NCBI GenBank assembly: GCA_964001175.1
Contig: CAXFAS010000004.1
Span: forward strand, 7,497 to 71,496
DNA length: 64,000 nt
Reading direction: 5' to 3'
Source: an uncultured euryarchaeote
GTDB taxonomy: Archaea; Thermoplasmatota; Poseidoniia; Poseidoniales; Poseidoniaceae
Part shown: positions 36,867 to 46,206 of the stretch, piece after piece
Position numbering within the stretch: position 1 is the first letter of the stretch
Layout: the number at the start of each line of letters is the position of its first letter
Notes under the pieces: generated by a model
What the model was told of the DNA's origin: nothing
What the model saw: only the letters and a program-made list of their open reading frames with translations
Database searches by the model: none
Program-made: the position numbers and the translations under genes

Positions 36867-37718
36867 ATGGGGGGATTGGCCCGCGGGGGACATGCCCCAG
36901 TTCTAATCACTTTTATGATGGGAACTAGTGCAATTATTATTGGAATAATGATTGATTCACTGAATGGTTTAGTGCATTTATTCGGTATTTTATGTTGGAT
37001 GTTATCAGCCTTTTTTGTTAACTTCTGGAGAGACCCAGACAGAATAATTCCAAAAGGTGAAGGAATTCTAGTTTCTCCAGCAGATGGACATGTAATGTTT
37101 GCTAGAAGAGAAAAAGCAACTGGTAGAAGACCGTCATCAAAGGAATTAGAAAACACCAATATCGAGGAAGACCCAATGACTGGGACGTGGTTCCCTTCGC
37201 CTTTGGAAAACCCATTAGAATTTTCAACTGAGCAACGATTTGAATCAGTAAAAGAGGGGGAAGAGTCCGACGATGATATATGGAGAATTGCTATTTTTAT
37301 GTCTCCGCTTGATGTTCATGTAAATCGCTCACCTTGTAAAGCGACAATTGAGAGGATGGAACATAGGATTGGAAAAGGCCGTCGTAGAGGTCCGTTTTTA
37401 CCTGCCATGAAGAAAGAAAGCGAAAATAATGAGAGAGTTAGAACAGTATTTCTAACCGAGAAAGGAATTCGTATAGAAGTATGTCAGATTTCAGGTGCTC
37501 TAGCGCGAACCATAGTACCATGGCTTTCTATCGATGCTAAAGTTCGTCGAGGTCAAAGGTTTGGAATGATTAGATTAGGTTCTAGAGTTGATATTAGAGC
37601 TCCTGCTAAACTGTTCAAACCAGTTGTAATTTCTGCTGAGTCAGGAAATTCTCAATTCCCTAAGGGGCAATTTGTTCAGGCAGGATCATCTATTCTATTC
37701 GAAAGTATCAGTGATTAA
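36867..37718 (+). CDS. psd: Phosphatidylserine (archaetidylserine) decarboxylase proenzyme
   Basis: Motifs FWRDPDRIIP, VSPADGHV, IFMSPLDVHVNRSP and the self-cleavage region GMIRLGSRVDI (LGS motif). There is an N-terminal TM segment. Confidence 0.8.
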   Translation: MGGLARGGHAPVLITFMMGTSAIIIGIMIDSLNGLVHLFGILCWMLSAFFVNFWRDPDRIIPKGEGILVSPADGHVMFARREKATGRRPSSKELENTNIEEDPMTGTWFPSPLENPLEFSTEQRFESVKEGEESDDDIWRIAIFMSPLDVHVNRSPCKATIERMEHRIGKGRRRGPFLPAMKKESENNERVRTVFLTEKGIRIEVCQISGALARTIVPWLSIDAKVRRGQRFGMIRLGSRVDIRAPAKLFKPVVISAESGNSQFPKGQFVQAGSSILFESISD

Positions 37719-37772
37719 TGAAATCGGTGGTTTGAAACACAAGACCGTATCGGAGACACGAGGAGGAATTCT

Positions 37773-38939
37773 ATGGCAGCCCCAAAATCATTAACTTTAG
37801 TTGGAGATGGTGGTAAAAGCGCTAGAATTCATGACTTGATTAAAGCACCAGCCAATACTCCTTGGGCTAAAGCCAAGCAACAATCTTGGGATGGAAATGA
37901 ACCTGCAACAGTATATTACACTCCAGAAACTTTGGCAGATGGTACGCAGTGTACGGCTATAACCGTTATTTTACGTACTAAAGGTTGCCATTGGTGGTGG
38001 TCAAGTGGGTGTACTTTTTGCGGATATTTTAACGATACTAGAGATGATGTTACCAGTGAAAATTTACATGCTCAATGGAATAAGGCAAAACTTGATTTTA
38101 ATAATTTTGAAAAACACAAGATGGTGAAGGTGTATACCTCGGGTTCTTTGTTAGAAGACAGAGAAATTCCAGTTGATTTTCAAGAAACCGTCCTTCGCGA
38201 ATGTCATGAAATGGGAAAGGAACTGATTGTCGAGAGTCGTTGTGAGCAACTTACTGAAGAAAAATTACAATGGGCAACTTCGATAAATCCAAATTTTTCA
38301 GTAGCAATTGGATTAGAAGCATATGACGACGAAGTTCTTCGTTTCCATGTGAACAAAGGATTTACTACTAAATCATGGGATAGAGCAGTTGCTAACTTGC
38401 AAAAATTCAATCTTAGAATTAAAACATATTTGATGTTTAAGCCACCGTTCATGAGTGAAAATGATGCACTTGAACATGGAGTGAAATGGATTTCTGCCGT
38501 AGCAGAAAAGAGTGACGAAATATCAGTAAATCCAATGAATATACAACGAGGAACGATAATTGATAGATTACATCGAAACAATGAGTATAGGCCACCTTGG
38601 CTATGGTCTTTGGTTGAAATGATTCGTCGAGCACATCCGATTATTCACCCCAAAGGAGGAACCAATGGTGATGAAGATCAGATATCCAGGTTGATTATTC
38701 ACCCCACAGCAGGTGGTAAAATCAGGGGCGCGCATAATTGTGGTACTTGCGACAGCATGGTGGTTTCAGCAATCGAAAATTATGCTGTATCAGGTGATTT
38801 GGCTGAATTTGATGGCTTAGATTGTGAATGTAAATCTATTTGGGAAGAGGAATTATCTTTGGAGTCAGATTTACCTATACCACTAGGTGTTTCTAAGCCT
38901 CGTAGAGGAAATTTGATTAATCGATTACGTTCTTTTTAG
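37773..38939 (+). CDS. Radical SAM protein, TIGR01210 / RaSEA-like (archaeosine biosynthesis-associated family)
   Basis: VILRTKGCHWWWSSGCTFCGYF matches my memory of the family's unusual cluster motif (ilrT.GC.w...gGC.mCGy). The length is compatible with the family. The assignment is from memory only. Confidence 0.55.
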   Translation: MAAPKSLTLVGDGGKSARIHDLIKAPANTPWAKAKQQSWDGNEPATVYYTPETLADGTQCTAITVILRTKGCHWWWSSGCTFCGYFNDTRDDVTSENLHAQWNKAKLDFNNFEKHKMVKVYTSGSLLEDREIPVDFQETVLRECHEMGKELIVESRCEQLTEEKLQWATSINPNFSVAIGLEAYDDEVLRFHVNKGFTTKSWDRAVANLQKFNLRIKTYLMFKPPFMSENDALEHGVKWISAVAEKSDEISVNPMNIQRGTIIDRLHRNNEYRPPWLWSLVEMIRRAHPIIHPKGGTNGDEDQISRLIIHPTAGGKIRGAHNCGTCDSMVVSAIENYAVSGDLAEFDGLDCECKSIWEEELSLESDLPIPLGVSKPRRGNLINRLRSF

Positions 38940-39015
38940 GGCTAAAAACTAGTCAATCTTTATCACTACTCTCCAAGTGGACAGATTGACCCCTACGGGG
39001 TCAACGGGTGAACAT

Positions 39016-39288
39016 ATGTCGAATAACACAATTCTGCCAGATACAACAGTTGGAACCGGGCAGCCTACATTTGGAAGAGTATTACTAACTTTGATTTTAG
39101 TTGGAATTATTGGATTATTTGCATTATTTACTAATGTTTTCGGCTGGGACTCAATGCCAATAATCGGTGACATTGTTCCTTTGGTTGGTAATCTCGGAGG
39201 TAGTGGAATTTGGTACTATCTGATTGGATTTTTTATAGGAATTGGCATTATTGTAGCTACCTTCATTGGTGAGGTAGTAGTAGAATAG
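39016..39288 (+). CDS. Small two-TM membrane protein
   Basis: Two hydrophobic helices (LLTLILVGIIGLFALF; IWYYLIGFFIGIGIIVATFI). The ATG at 39016 is preceded by GGGTGA; the ORF-track GTG start is at 38977. It lies directly upstream of the EF-hand membrane protein. Confidence 0.5.
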   Translation: MSNNTILPDTTVGTGQPTFGRVLLTLILVGIIGLFALFTNVFGWDSMPIIGDIVPLVGNLGGSGIWYYLIGFFIGIGIIVATFIGEVVVE

Positions 39289-39300
39289 GGGGTATGATTT

Positions 39301-41502
39301 ATGGAACCAGTATTTATTTCAGCAGCTCTTGTACTTGCCTCATTGATTGCAACATCTTATTTCATTACAAATGGATTAGGGACAATGGGAGAACCACTTC
39401 GACAATTTTCTTTGTTTTTGATGAATAAAGCGCCGGTTGGGTTAGTTGATTTATTCAGTGATAAGCCTGGAAGCGGTAGTCGTACTTGGATAAAATTTGG
39501 TTCCGGTTGGTTTCTTTTAGCCTCAATTTCCGGTTTTCTCGCTATTTGGCATAAATACGATCCAACTGCACTTGATTCTCTAGCTAGTATTGGTTGGTCT
39601 TATGATGATGGTTCTGCTTTACAGGACTTCACCATGGCTTCATTGAAGATGGCTTTCATCTATCTAATGGTTGGAGGAGGAATGGTTGCAGTTTCCCGTT
39701 CAGCTAATAATCGAATGGCTAGTGAAGCAAACGCTTCTATGGTGGCAGTAGTTTATACAGCATTGACTATTTTGAGTTTGATTTTACTACCAATAGTATT
39801 CTCATTCATCACAGTTTCAGATGAAGCTGGAAAGTTAGATCTAGTTTCGATGGTGATTAACTACGGTATTGCTTCGATGTTATTTACAGCAGTTTTGATT
39901 AATGTATTATCCACTTACTCAATGCGTAGAGATGGAACATCATCAGTTTCTGCTTGGTTCTTCATAATGGCATTGATGACAAAATTAGTAGCATCTACAT
40001 TCTATCTCTTTGGTGAATTTGCAGGCTCAACACAGACCGTATGGATGGCTGAACAAATGCTCAATGGCTGGGTCCCTCTAGCATTGATGTTTTCTGTAGC
40101 ATACCATCTCATACCCTTTACTACACAGAAACCAATTTGGTCTCATTCATTATTGAATGCTGGAATGGTATTGCTATTTGTTACAGTTCCGCCATTCTTT
40201 ATTGGAGAGGTTGATGCTGGTGAATTATTACAGAATGTAGGAGCGCTTCTTCTAACGTTTTCACTAATTCCAATACTTGCAAACTGTTTCAATTTACTTG
40301 CAACTGCATCTTCTAATTCTTCTGCCATTTTGAGAAATCCTGGGGCATTAGCAGCAACCCTTGCAATGTTTATATTACCATTATTCGCAGTTGGAGGCTA
40401 TTTCACTAGTATGGATACATTCACAGGCACCGATAAATTAGCAGACTTGGCTACTATGGTTGATAGTAGTTTCATGTTCACCGTTGGTGGTTTAATGATG
40501 GTATCGACTATTTTCGCATCCTATCCTCTTGCATCAGGAAATCAATTAGAAGATTCTTCGAGAGCAAATCTTGCAGTTTGGTTCATCTTATTTGGCGGTT
40601 TAGCCTCAGTTATTACAATGCTTATTGGCGGATTTACTGAAATCGCAGTTAGTGATTCTGGCGTTGAAGATGCCGTCGCCTCATCGTTAGGATTTTACTT
40701 AACCGCTTCAGCACTATTCTATCTAGTTCCTATCGCTTCAATAATGGCAATATTGGTGTTGATTAGAACTGGTAATTCCTCTAATAAGATTGAAGAAATA
40801 GGACAAGAGATTACAGATATCGATGTTTATGTGTTGGGCCAAGGAACAACAACAATCCAACAATTATTAGGTAGAGGAGTAGGAGTTACAACTCAAATTG
40901 TCGTTGGAGAATCTGAAGAAACAGATGGCGGTTCAACAGTCATTGGCGTTAATGCAGAATTACATAATGACGAAATTACAGAATTCCCAGAAGAAGAAAT
41001 TGTAGAGGAAGAAGAGGCAGAAGAAGATAAAGGTCCTGCTAAAGAATTAGTTATGCTTCTAGACTATCTTAAATCATCCGACAAGACAGTATTCGATTTC
41101 TTCCGTTCTATCGATTTAGATTCATCCGGAGAAATCGATAGTTTTGAATTCCAACAAGCACTAAAGAATAGTAATGTTGGTGACTTCCCTCCTTGGGAAA
41201 TCGATGGACTTGTCTCTGCTATTGACATCGATGGTGACGGAAGAATTAACCTTCCAGAATTAGATATTTCACTTGCTAGAATCGCTGCTCAAATTTATCC
41301 TTCTGATGAAGAAGAAGCTTCTGAAGAAGTTTCAGAAGAGGGTGAAGAAGAGGCTGAAGAACAATCAGAAGAATCTTCAAAGCCTTCTGAAGCAGATTTA
41401 AACAAGATGAAGAAAAATGAACTTATTGAGGTAGCAAAGTCTCTTGGAGTTTCAACATCTGGAACTAAGAAAGACTTGATTGAAGCGATCTTAGCTGCTT
41501 GA
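39301..41502 (+). CDS. Polytopic membrane protein (about 12 or more TM helices) with C-terminal EF-hand pair and HeH/SAP-like motif
   Basis: 733 aa. Roughly the first 500 aa are hydrophobic helices. The soluble acidic tail carries two canonical EF-hand loops and ends in a Rho_N/SAP-like helix-extended-helix motif. Confidence 0.7.
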   Translation: MEPVFISAALVLASLIATSYFITNGLGTMGEPLRQFSLFLMNKAPVGLVDLFSDKPGSGSRTWIKFGSGWFLLASISGFLAIWHKYDPTALDSLASIGWSYDDGSALQDFTMASLKMAFIYLMVGGGMVAVSRSANNRMASEANASMVAVVYTALTILSLILLPIVFSFITVSDEAGKLDLVSMVINYGIASMLFTAVLINVLSTYSMRRDGTSSVSAWFFIMALMTKLVASTFYLFGEFAGSTQTVWMAEQMLNGWVPLALMFSVAYHLIPFTTQKPIWSHSLLNAGMVLLFVTVPPFFIGEVDAGELLQNVGALLLTFSLIPILANCFNLLATASSNSSAILRNPGALAATLAMFILPLFAVGGYFTSMDTFTGTDKLADLATMVDSSFMFTVGGLMMVSTIFASYPLASGNQLEDSSRANLAVWFILFGGLASVITMLIGGFTEIAVSDSGVEDAVASSLGFYLTASALFYLVPIASIMAILVLIRTGNSSNKIEEIGQEITDIDVYVLGQGTTTIQQLLGRGVGVTTQIVVGESEETDGGSTVIGVNAELHNDEITEFPEEEIVEEEEAEEDKGPAKELVMLLDYLKSSDKTVFDFFRSIDLDSSGEIDSFEFQQALKNSNVGDFPPWEIDGLVSAIDIDGDGRINLPELDISLARIAAQIYPSDEEEASEEVSEEGEEEAEEQSEESSKPSEADLNKMKKNELIEVAKSLGVSTSGTKKDLIEAILAA
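41113..41148 (+). other. EF-hand Ca2+-binding loop 1 (DLDSSGEIDSFE)
   Basis: It fits the canonical 12-residue loop: D1, D3, S5, G6, I8, D9, E12. Confidence 0.75.
41224..41259 (+). other. EF-hand Ca2+-binding loop 2 (DIDGDGRINLPE)
   Basis: It fits the canonical loop: D1, D3, D5, G6, I8, N9, E12. It starts 111 nt after the start of loop 1, which is normal spacing for a paired EF-hand. Confidence 0.8.
41392..41499 (+). other. HeH / SAP / Rho_N-like motif at the extreme C-terminus
   Basis: ADLNKMKKNELIEVAKSLGVSTSGTKKDLIEAILAA follows the pattern L..m...EL.e.Ak.lGv...g.KkdLIeaIl. Confidence 0.55.
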
Positions 41503-41515
41503 GGAGACTCTGTCT

Positions 41516-42799
41516 ATGCGCATCGGGCTGGTTGGAAAACCAAACGTGGGTAAATCTACTTTCTTCAGTGCCGCAACTTTAGCTAAAGTTGATATCGCTA
41601 ATTACCCATTTTGTACAATAGATCCTAATGTAGGTGTTGCTTTTATTGCTGCCAGAAAACCTTGTCCATGTAAAGATCTTAGGAAAAAACTCGAATCAGA
41701 AGGTAGATTAGAACCCGTTTCTGAAGATGATGAAAGAAAAGGCAGCATTTGCCAACCAAGAACAGGGTCTTGTATAGGCTATAGAAGATTAGTTCCCTGT
41801 TTTTTGGTAGATGTGGCGGGACTTGTACCAGGGGCCAGTGAGGGTAGAGGTAGAGGAAATGCGTTCTTAGCAGATTTAGCTAATTGCGATGCATTGATTC
41901 AAGTTGTAGATGCTTCCGCTTCAACAGATATTGAAGGTAATCCAATAGAACCTGCAAAGAATTCAGATACTGCCCATTCTAGTATTCAACAAGAAATATC
42001 TTTTCTAGGTGATGAATTAGATGCTTGGATTTATGGGATTTTGAATGATGGTTGGTCTAGAGGTGTTAGAAGAGTTCAAGCTGAAGGCGAGAAGGGGATG
42101 ACCTCTTTTTTACATGAAAGGTTTACTGGTCTAGGCTCATCTGTACAGACTATAAATCAAGCATTTGAACGCTTTAAACTAGTTAATCAGGATGATTCTC
42201 CACCTTGGGACTGGTCAGATAAAACCCTTAAGAAACTATCAATAGAGATTAGAAAATCGTTATTTCCAATTCATATCGCTGCAAATAAAGCAGATATTGC
42301 GCCTAAAGATTTGGTTTTTAATTTCGATATTAATGGTAGAATAGTTTCTTGTATGGCAGATATGGAACTGGCACTTAGAAGAGCAGAATCATCGGGATTG
42401 ATTAGTTATATTTCCGGCGAACAAAGTTTCCAAATTGTTAATCCAGGGCAACTTTCAGATGCACAAATTGAGGCTTTAGAACATATGCAAGAGAGATTGA
42501 GTGTAAATAAAAATACGGGAGTTTCAACCATTCTGGATATTGTTTTATTCGAAGAATTAGATCATATTGTCGTGTATCCAGTTCAAGATGAAAACCAATG
42601 GATTGACGGTGAAGATAGAATACTCCCGGATGCCTTTGTAGTTCCAAATAAAATTCAAGCTAAGAATCTAGCGTACAAGGTTCATTCCGATTTAGGCGAT
42701 GGGTTCATCAGAGGTACAGACGGGCGAAGCCGAAGAACAGTAGGGGCAGATCACGAATTAAGCGATGGCGATGTATTGAAGATACATGCTAAGAATTAG
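41516..42799 (+). CDS. Obg-family P-loop GTPase (YchF/OLA1-like) with C-terminal TGS domain
   Basis: G1 is GLVGKPNVGKST, followed by NYPFCTIDPNVG. G3 is VDVAGLVPGASEGRGRGNAFL. G4 is NKAD, the canonical GTP-type motif. The TGS-like end is DGDVLKIH. Confidence 0.8.
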   Translation: MRIGLVGKPNVGKSTFFSAATLAKVDIANYPFCTIDPNVGVAFIAARKPCPCKDLRKKLESEGRLEPVSEDDERKGSICQPRTGSCIGYRRLVPCFLVDVAGLVPGASEGRGRGNAFLADLANCDALIQVVDASASTDIEGNPIEPAKNSDTAHSSIQQEISFLGDELDAWIYGILNDGWSRGVRRVQAEGEKGMTSFLHERFTGLGSSVQTINQAFERFKLVNQDDSPPWDWSDKTLKKLSIEIRKSLFPIHIAANKADIAPKDLVFNFDINGRIVSCMADMELALRRAESSGLISYISGEQSFQIVNPGQLSDAQIEALEHMQERLSVNKNTGVSTILDIVLFEELDHIVVYPVQDENQWIDGEDRILPDAFVVPNKIQAKNLAYKVHSDLGDGFIRGTDGRSRRTVGADHELSDGDVLKIHAKN

Positions 42800-43182
42800 T
42801 GACCCTTTGGTCTATCATAAGCAGGTGTTAATCTAGCCATATCGCCAGCAAATTGGGTACTTCTAATGAAGAACCAAACCGGAGCAAATAACGTCAATAC
42901 GATTAGGATTAGTAGAAAATAAATACCCCAAGGTTTGACAGAACTAAGATACATTATCCATAATGTCCAAAGTACTGGAATATAGAGAAACATACTGTAT
43001 CTTCTTGCGACTACGGAAAGCCTAGCATTACGGAGTTTATCATCATACAAATTGACTGCTTCTTCTTTGGAAATTAGCTTTTGTTCAACAGCGCACCTAA
43101 CACAAACTTGAGCGCGAGGGCCATTTCCATGGATGAAATATTCTCTCGGATATGTAGCAGAACAAATCCTACAGGTTGGCAT
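42796..43182 (-). CDS. Small zinc-ribbon membrane protein
   Basis: The N-terminus has CRIC...CVRC (CxxC-x~25-CxxC), followed by two or three TM helices. It is 128 aa. Its stop overlaps the GTPase stop (TTAG). Confidence 0.5.
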   Translation of the reverse strand: MPTCRICSATYPREYFIHGNGPRAQVCVRCAVEQKLISKEEAVNLYDDKLRNARLSVVARRYSMFLYIPVLWTLWIMYLSSVKPWGIYFLLILIVLTLFAPVWFFIRSTQFAGDMARLTPAYDRPKGH

Positions 43183-43215
43183 TTAGTTCCCTCAAACCAA
43201 CGCAATCGGTCTTAA

Positions 43216-45471
43216 TTATTCAAGCATCCGATTAATGGACAGAAAATTTTCTAATAATTTCAATCCATTAGGTGAGCCAATCGATTCAGGATGGAATTGT
43301 ACAGACATTATAGGTAATTGCTTATGTCTTAATGCCATTATTTCGCCATTCTCATCTTTTGCAGTGATTAACATTTTAGATTTAGATGAATCAATTTCAA
43401 TTGTCAAGGAATTATATCGAGTAAATAGTTGCGGACTTTCTAAATCTGCAAAAATCCCCTCTCCATCATGATGACATATTATCGGGGTTCCATGTATTGC
43501 CCCATTTGGAGATTTCTTCACAATTCCTTGTTCTGCAGCAGCCAAAGATTGGTGACCCAAGCAAATTCCTAAAACTGGGCAATCAATTTGACCGGCTAAA
43601 CAGTGTAAGGAAACTGCCTTTGAAAGTAATGAGTCACTTGGAGTTCCAGGGCCAGGGCCAATTATTATATGACTAGGATTCAATTTTTGTAATAGATTGA
43701 ATAAAGAACTAGGAGTGGACATTTCATCAGCAATTTTCCCTCTCCCACTAATCACTGTAACGTTATGACTTAGTCCCGCAATCGCATGAGCAATATTTAG
43801 AGTGAATGAATCAAGATTATCGATAAGTAAAACACCACATGAATCATTGTTATTATTCTCTTTCCATTGTTCGAATGTTTGTACTAAACCATTATTTTTT
43901 ATTGAATTAGTAAATTCTATCTCTAGCGGATGAATAGATAGTTGATTATTTTCCACTTGTTTTTGATCACTGTCAGTCCACCCACATGCAATTCTTAATG
44001 CATCAGCCTTCCAATATGTTTCCATTACCTCAGAATTAGAATCTGATTTGATTGTAATTCCACCACCAGAACCAACTTTTCCAAACCACTTGTTATTCTT
44101 TCTTTCAGCCTGAATAGTTCTGATTAAAATATTCCACGAACCATCTCCTGAATGAACATCAAACCAACCTGCTGAGCCAGTCCAGAAAGATCGTGATTGA
44201 TTTTCAATTTGATCTATTACTGCACAAACCATAGTTCTAGGACAACCTGTAATACTACCGCCAGGGAATATTGAATTGAATGCAGTCATACCATTTTCTG
44301 AATCTAGTAACCGACCTTTTAGATGAGAAACCAAATGTTGAACATTTGAGAAAGTTTCGATATCGAATCTTTCAATATTAACACTTCCAACTTCACAAAC
44401 GGCAGATAAATCGTTTCGCATTAGGTCAACAAGCATTCTATGTTCTGATCTTTCTTTGACATCTTTCGACATCATTTCTCGCAACCTTTCTGCTTCGATA
44501 GGGTCACTAGAACTCTTATATGTGCCCTTTATTGGAGAGGTGTAGATTTCACCATTCTGACTTTTAAGAAGACTTTCAGGAGATGAAGAGATTAGTGAAA
44601 AACCCAAATCATCGGCATATATCAAAGTTGAAAACGGGGCAGGATTTGAATCAAGTAATCGATTGAAAATCGTTTGTGGCGACTCAACGAGCCGACCAGA
44701 CCAAAATCTTCCAAAGTTAACTTGATACACCTGACCTTCTGAAATTCCTAATTTTATTTTTTCAATCATTTCTTCATGTTGTTGGTCGGTAAGAGAACTA
44801 ACCTCGTTAAATTCATTAGCAGGTTGAATAGGTAAGTCAATCTTTTGAGGATTATTTTCTATTACTAGTTCTACATGTTCTTTCCAGTCAGCATTTTTAG
44901 AAAATACTTGGAAATCATCAGTATTTTTTGATTGAGAAATATATTTGTCAACCAACCACAGTACCGCTAATAATTCACCTTCTTTTGGTAAATTTTGTAG
45001 TGATATTGGCTGGGTCCATTGAACCATATCATATGCAAAACTACCAGCCCAAAATGGTTTATTTGGATTAAATTCTTTAGGTTCATTTTCAAATTCCTGA
45101 TTTGGAGTTAAAACTTTTAATTGCTCAAATAAATCAGATAAATCATTAGCAGTAATTGAATTGGAGTGATACCAACACCCATGCCGCCATTCTTCTAATT
45201 CAGCAGTGAACGGCAACTTTTGATAATTTAATTTTAATTCTCCTTCAATAGGACTGTGCTTGTTTGAGGGTGGCATAACGGTTCTTGTTGGTTGACGAAT
45301 TAAAACTCGTAAATTACTTGGCCCACAAATCATTGACGAGTTTGACAGATGCGATTTTGGGCCACCGGAAATGAATAAAATTTCATCGGGAGAGCCGAAT
45401 TTAAACGCAGAAATTCCAATCAATTCATTATCTATCAAAGACTGTCTTAAAGAAACAATCTTGTCAACCAT
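43216..45471 (-). CDS. pabB: Aminodeoxychorismate synthase, fused component I (PabB, N-terminal) and glutamine amidotransferase (PabA, C-terminal)
   Basis: The chorismate-binding domain has SPIKGTYK (the PIKGT lysine typical of PabB rather than the TrpE PIAGT), MLVDLMRNDL, GGSITGCP and GSGGGIT. The C-terminal class-I GATase has LLIDNLDSFT, GPGPGTP, GICLGHQ and VQFHPES. Confidence 0.8.
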   Translation of the reverse strand: MVDKIVSLRQSLIDNELIGISAFKFGSPDEILFISGGPKSHLSNSSMICGPSNLRVLIRQPTRTVMPPSNKHSPIEGELKLNYQKLPFTAELEEWRHGCWYHSNSITANDLSDLFEQLKVLTPNQEFENEPKEFNPNKPFWAGSFAYDMVQWTQPISLQNLPKEGELLAVLWLVDKYISQSKNTDDFQVFSKNADWKEHVELVIENNPQKIDLPIQPANEFNEVSSLTDQQHEEMIEKIKLGISEGQVYQVNFGRFWSGRLVESPQTIFNRLLDSNPAPFSTLIYADDLGFSLISSSPESLLKSQNGEIYTSPIKGTYKSSSDPIEAERLREMMSKDVKERSEHRMLVDLMRNDLSAVCEVGSVNIERFDIETFSNVQHLVSHLKGRLLDSENGMTAFNSIFPGGSITGCPRTMVCAVIDQIENQSRSFWTGSAGWFDVHSGDGSWNILIRTIQAERKNNKWFGKVGSGGGITIKSDSNSEVMETYWKADALRIACGWTDSDQKQVENNQLSIHPLEIEFTNSIKNNGLVQTFEQWKENNNNDSCGVLLIDNLDSFTLNIAHAIAGLSHNVTVISGRGKIADEMSTPSSLFNLLQKLNPSHIIIGPGPGTPSDSLLSKAVSLHCLAGQIDCPVLGICLGHQSLAAAEQGIVKKSPNGAIHGTPIICHHDGEGIFADLESPQLFTRYNSLTIEIDSSKSKMLITAKDENGEIMALRHKQLPIMSVQFHPESIGSPNGLKLLENFLSINRMLE

Positions 45472-45522
45472 AATACTCGCTCAAGTCAACCCATGAGTCG
45501 GGCTTTCAATAAGGTTGAGAGT

Positions 45523-46206
45523 CTAATACCAATTTTCTCCTAGAGCAGAAATACAAACCTGTTGCAGATTATCACTTCCATCCCCGATATCAACATCATC
45601 TAAAACTGTTAATCTTGCAGCACCCATTCCAGTGCCAAGTAGAACAATTTCTTTCGCTCTAGCTACCATTCTTTCGTTCAATCTACCTGAACTTATTACA
45701 AACCCAGCCTCCTTTATGGCATTTTTACAGACATCAAAAGTTACTGAAGAAACCCCACCTAATTTACTATCGCTAACCCAAACAACTCCATCATCATCTA
45801 GAACTAGAGGCATGACTCTGTCGCCGTCTATTATACAATAATCATGAACTAGTAAACCAACATCCGCACCTTTTGCAAACACTTTTTGAGTAATTTCCCG
45901 ATATGGCTGCCAATCTCCATGCTTGGTACCAGTCACTTTTCGAGTCCAGCGCGGAGCAGGCACTGTAATCCCTTCAGCCTCCATATGTATTTCTTGATAG
46001 AATGGTTTTACGTCAAATGAAACTCGATCAGAATGAATTTCGATACGCACTAACCCTTCTAGTTCGCTAGGTATGATTACTTCTGGAACTTCGATTCCAA
46101 GTATTTTAGCATGTTTTGCAAGTCTTTCGAGATGTAAATCTAAGTGAAATAATTCACCGTTCCTCGCTCTCACGGTTGTGAAAACAGCACTCTTTGGACC
46201 GACCAT
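45523..46206 (-). CDS. pabC: Aminodeoxychorismate lyase-like (class IV aminotransferase fold), short
   Basis: 227 aa from the ATG at 46206, which shares one base with the upstream TGA (TGATG on the coding strand). The VTGTKHGDW...GADVGLLV...IIDGDRVM...LLGTGMGAARLTVLD pattern resembles the fold-type IV PLP family. The context next to pabBA supports the call. Confidence 0.5.
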   Translation of the reverse strand: MVGPKSAVFTTVRARNGELFHLDLHLERLAKHAKILGIEVPEVIIPSELEGLVRIEIHSDRVSFDVKPFYQEIHMEAEGITVPAPRWTRKVTGTKHGDWQPYREITQKVFAKGADVGLLVHDYCIIDGDRVMPLVLDDDGVVWVSDSKLGGVSSVTFDVCKNAIKEAGFVISSGRLNERMVARAKEIVLLGTGMGAARLTVLDDVDIGDGSDNLQQVCISALGENWY

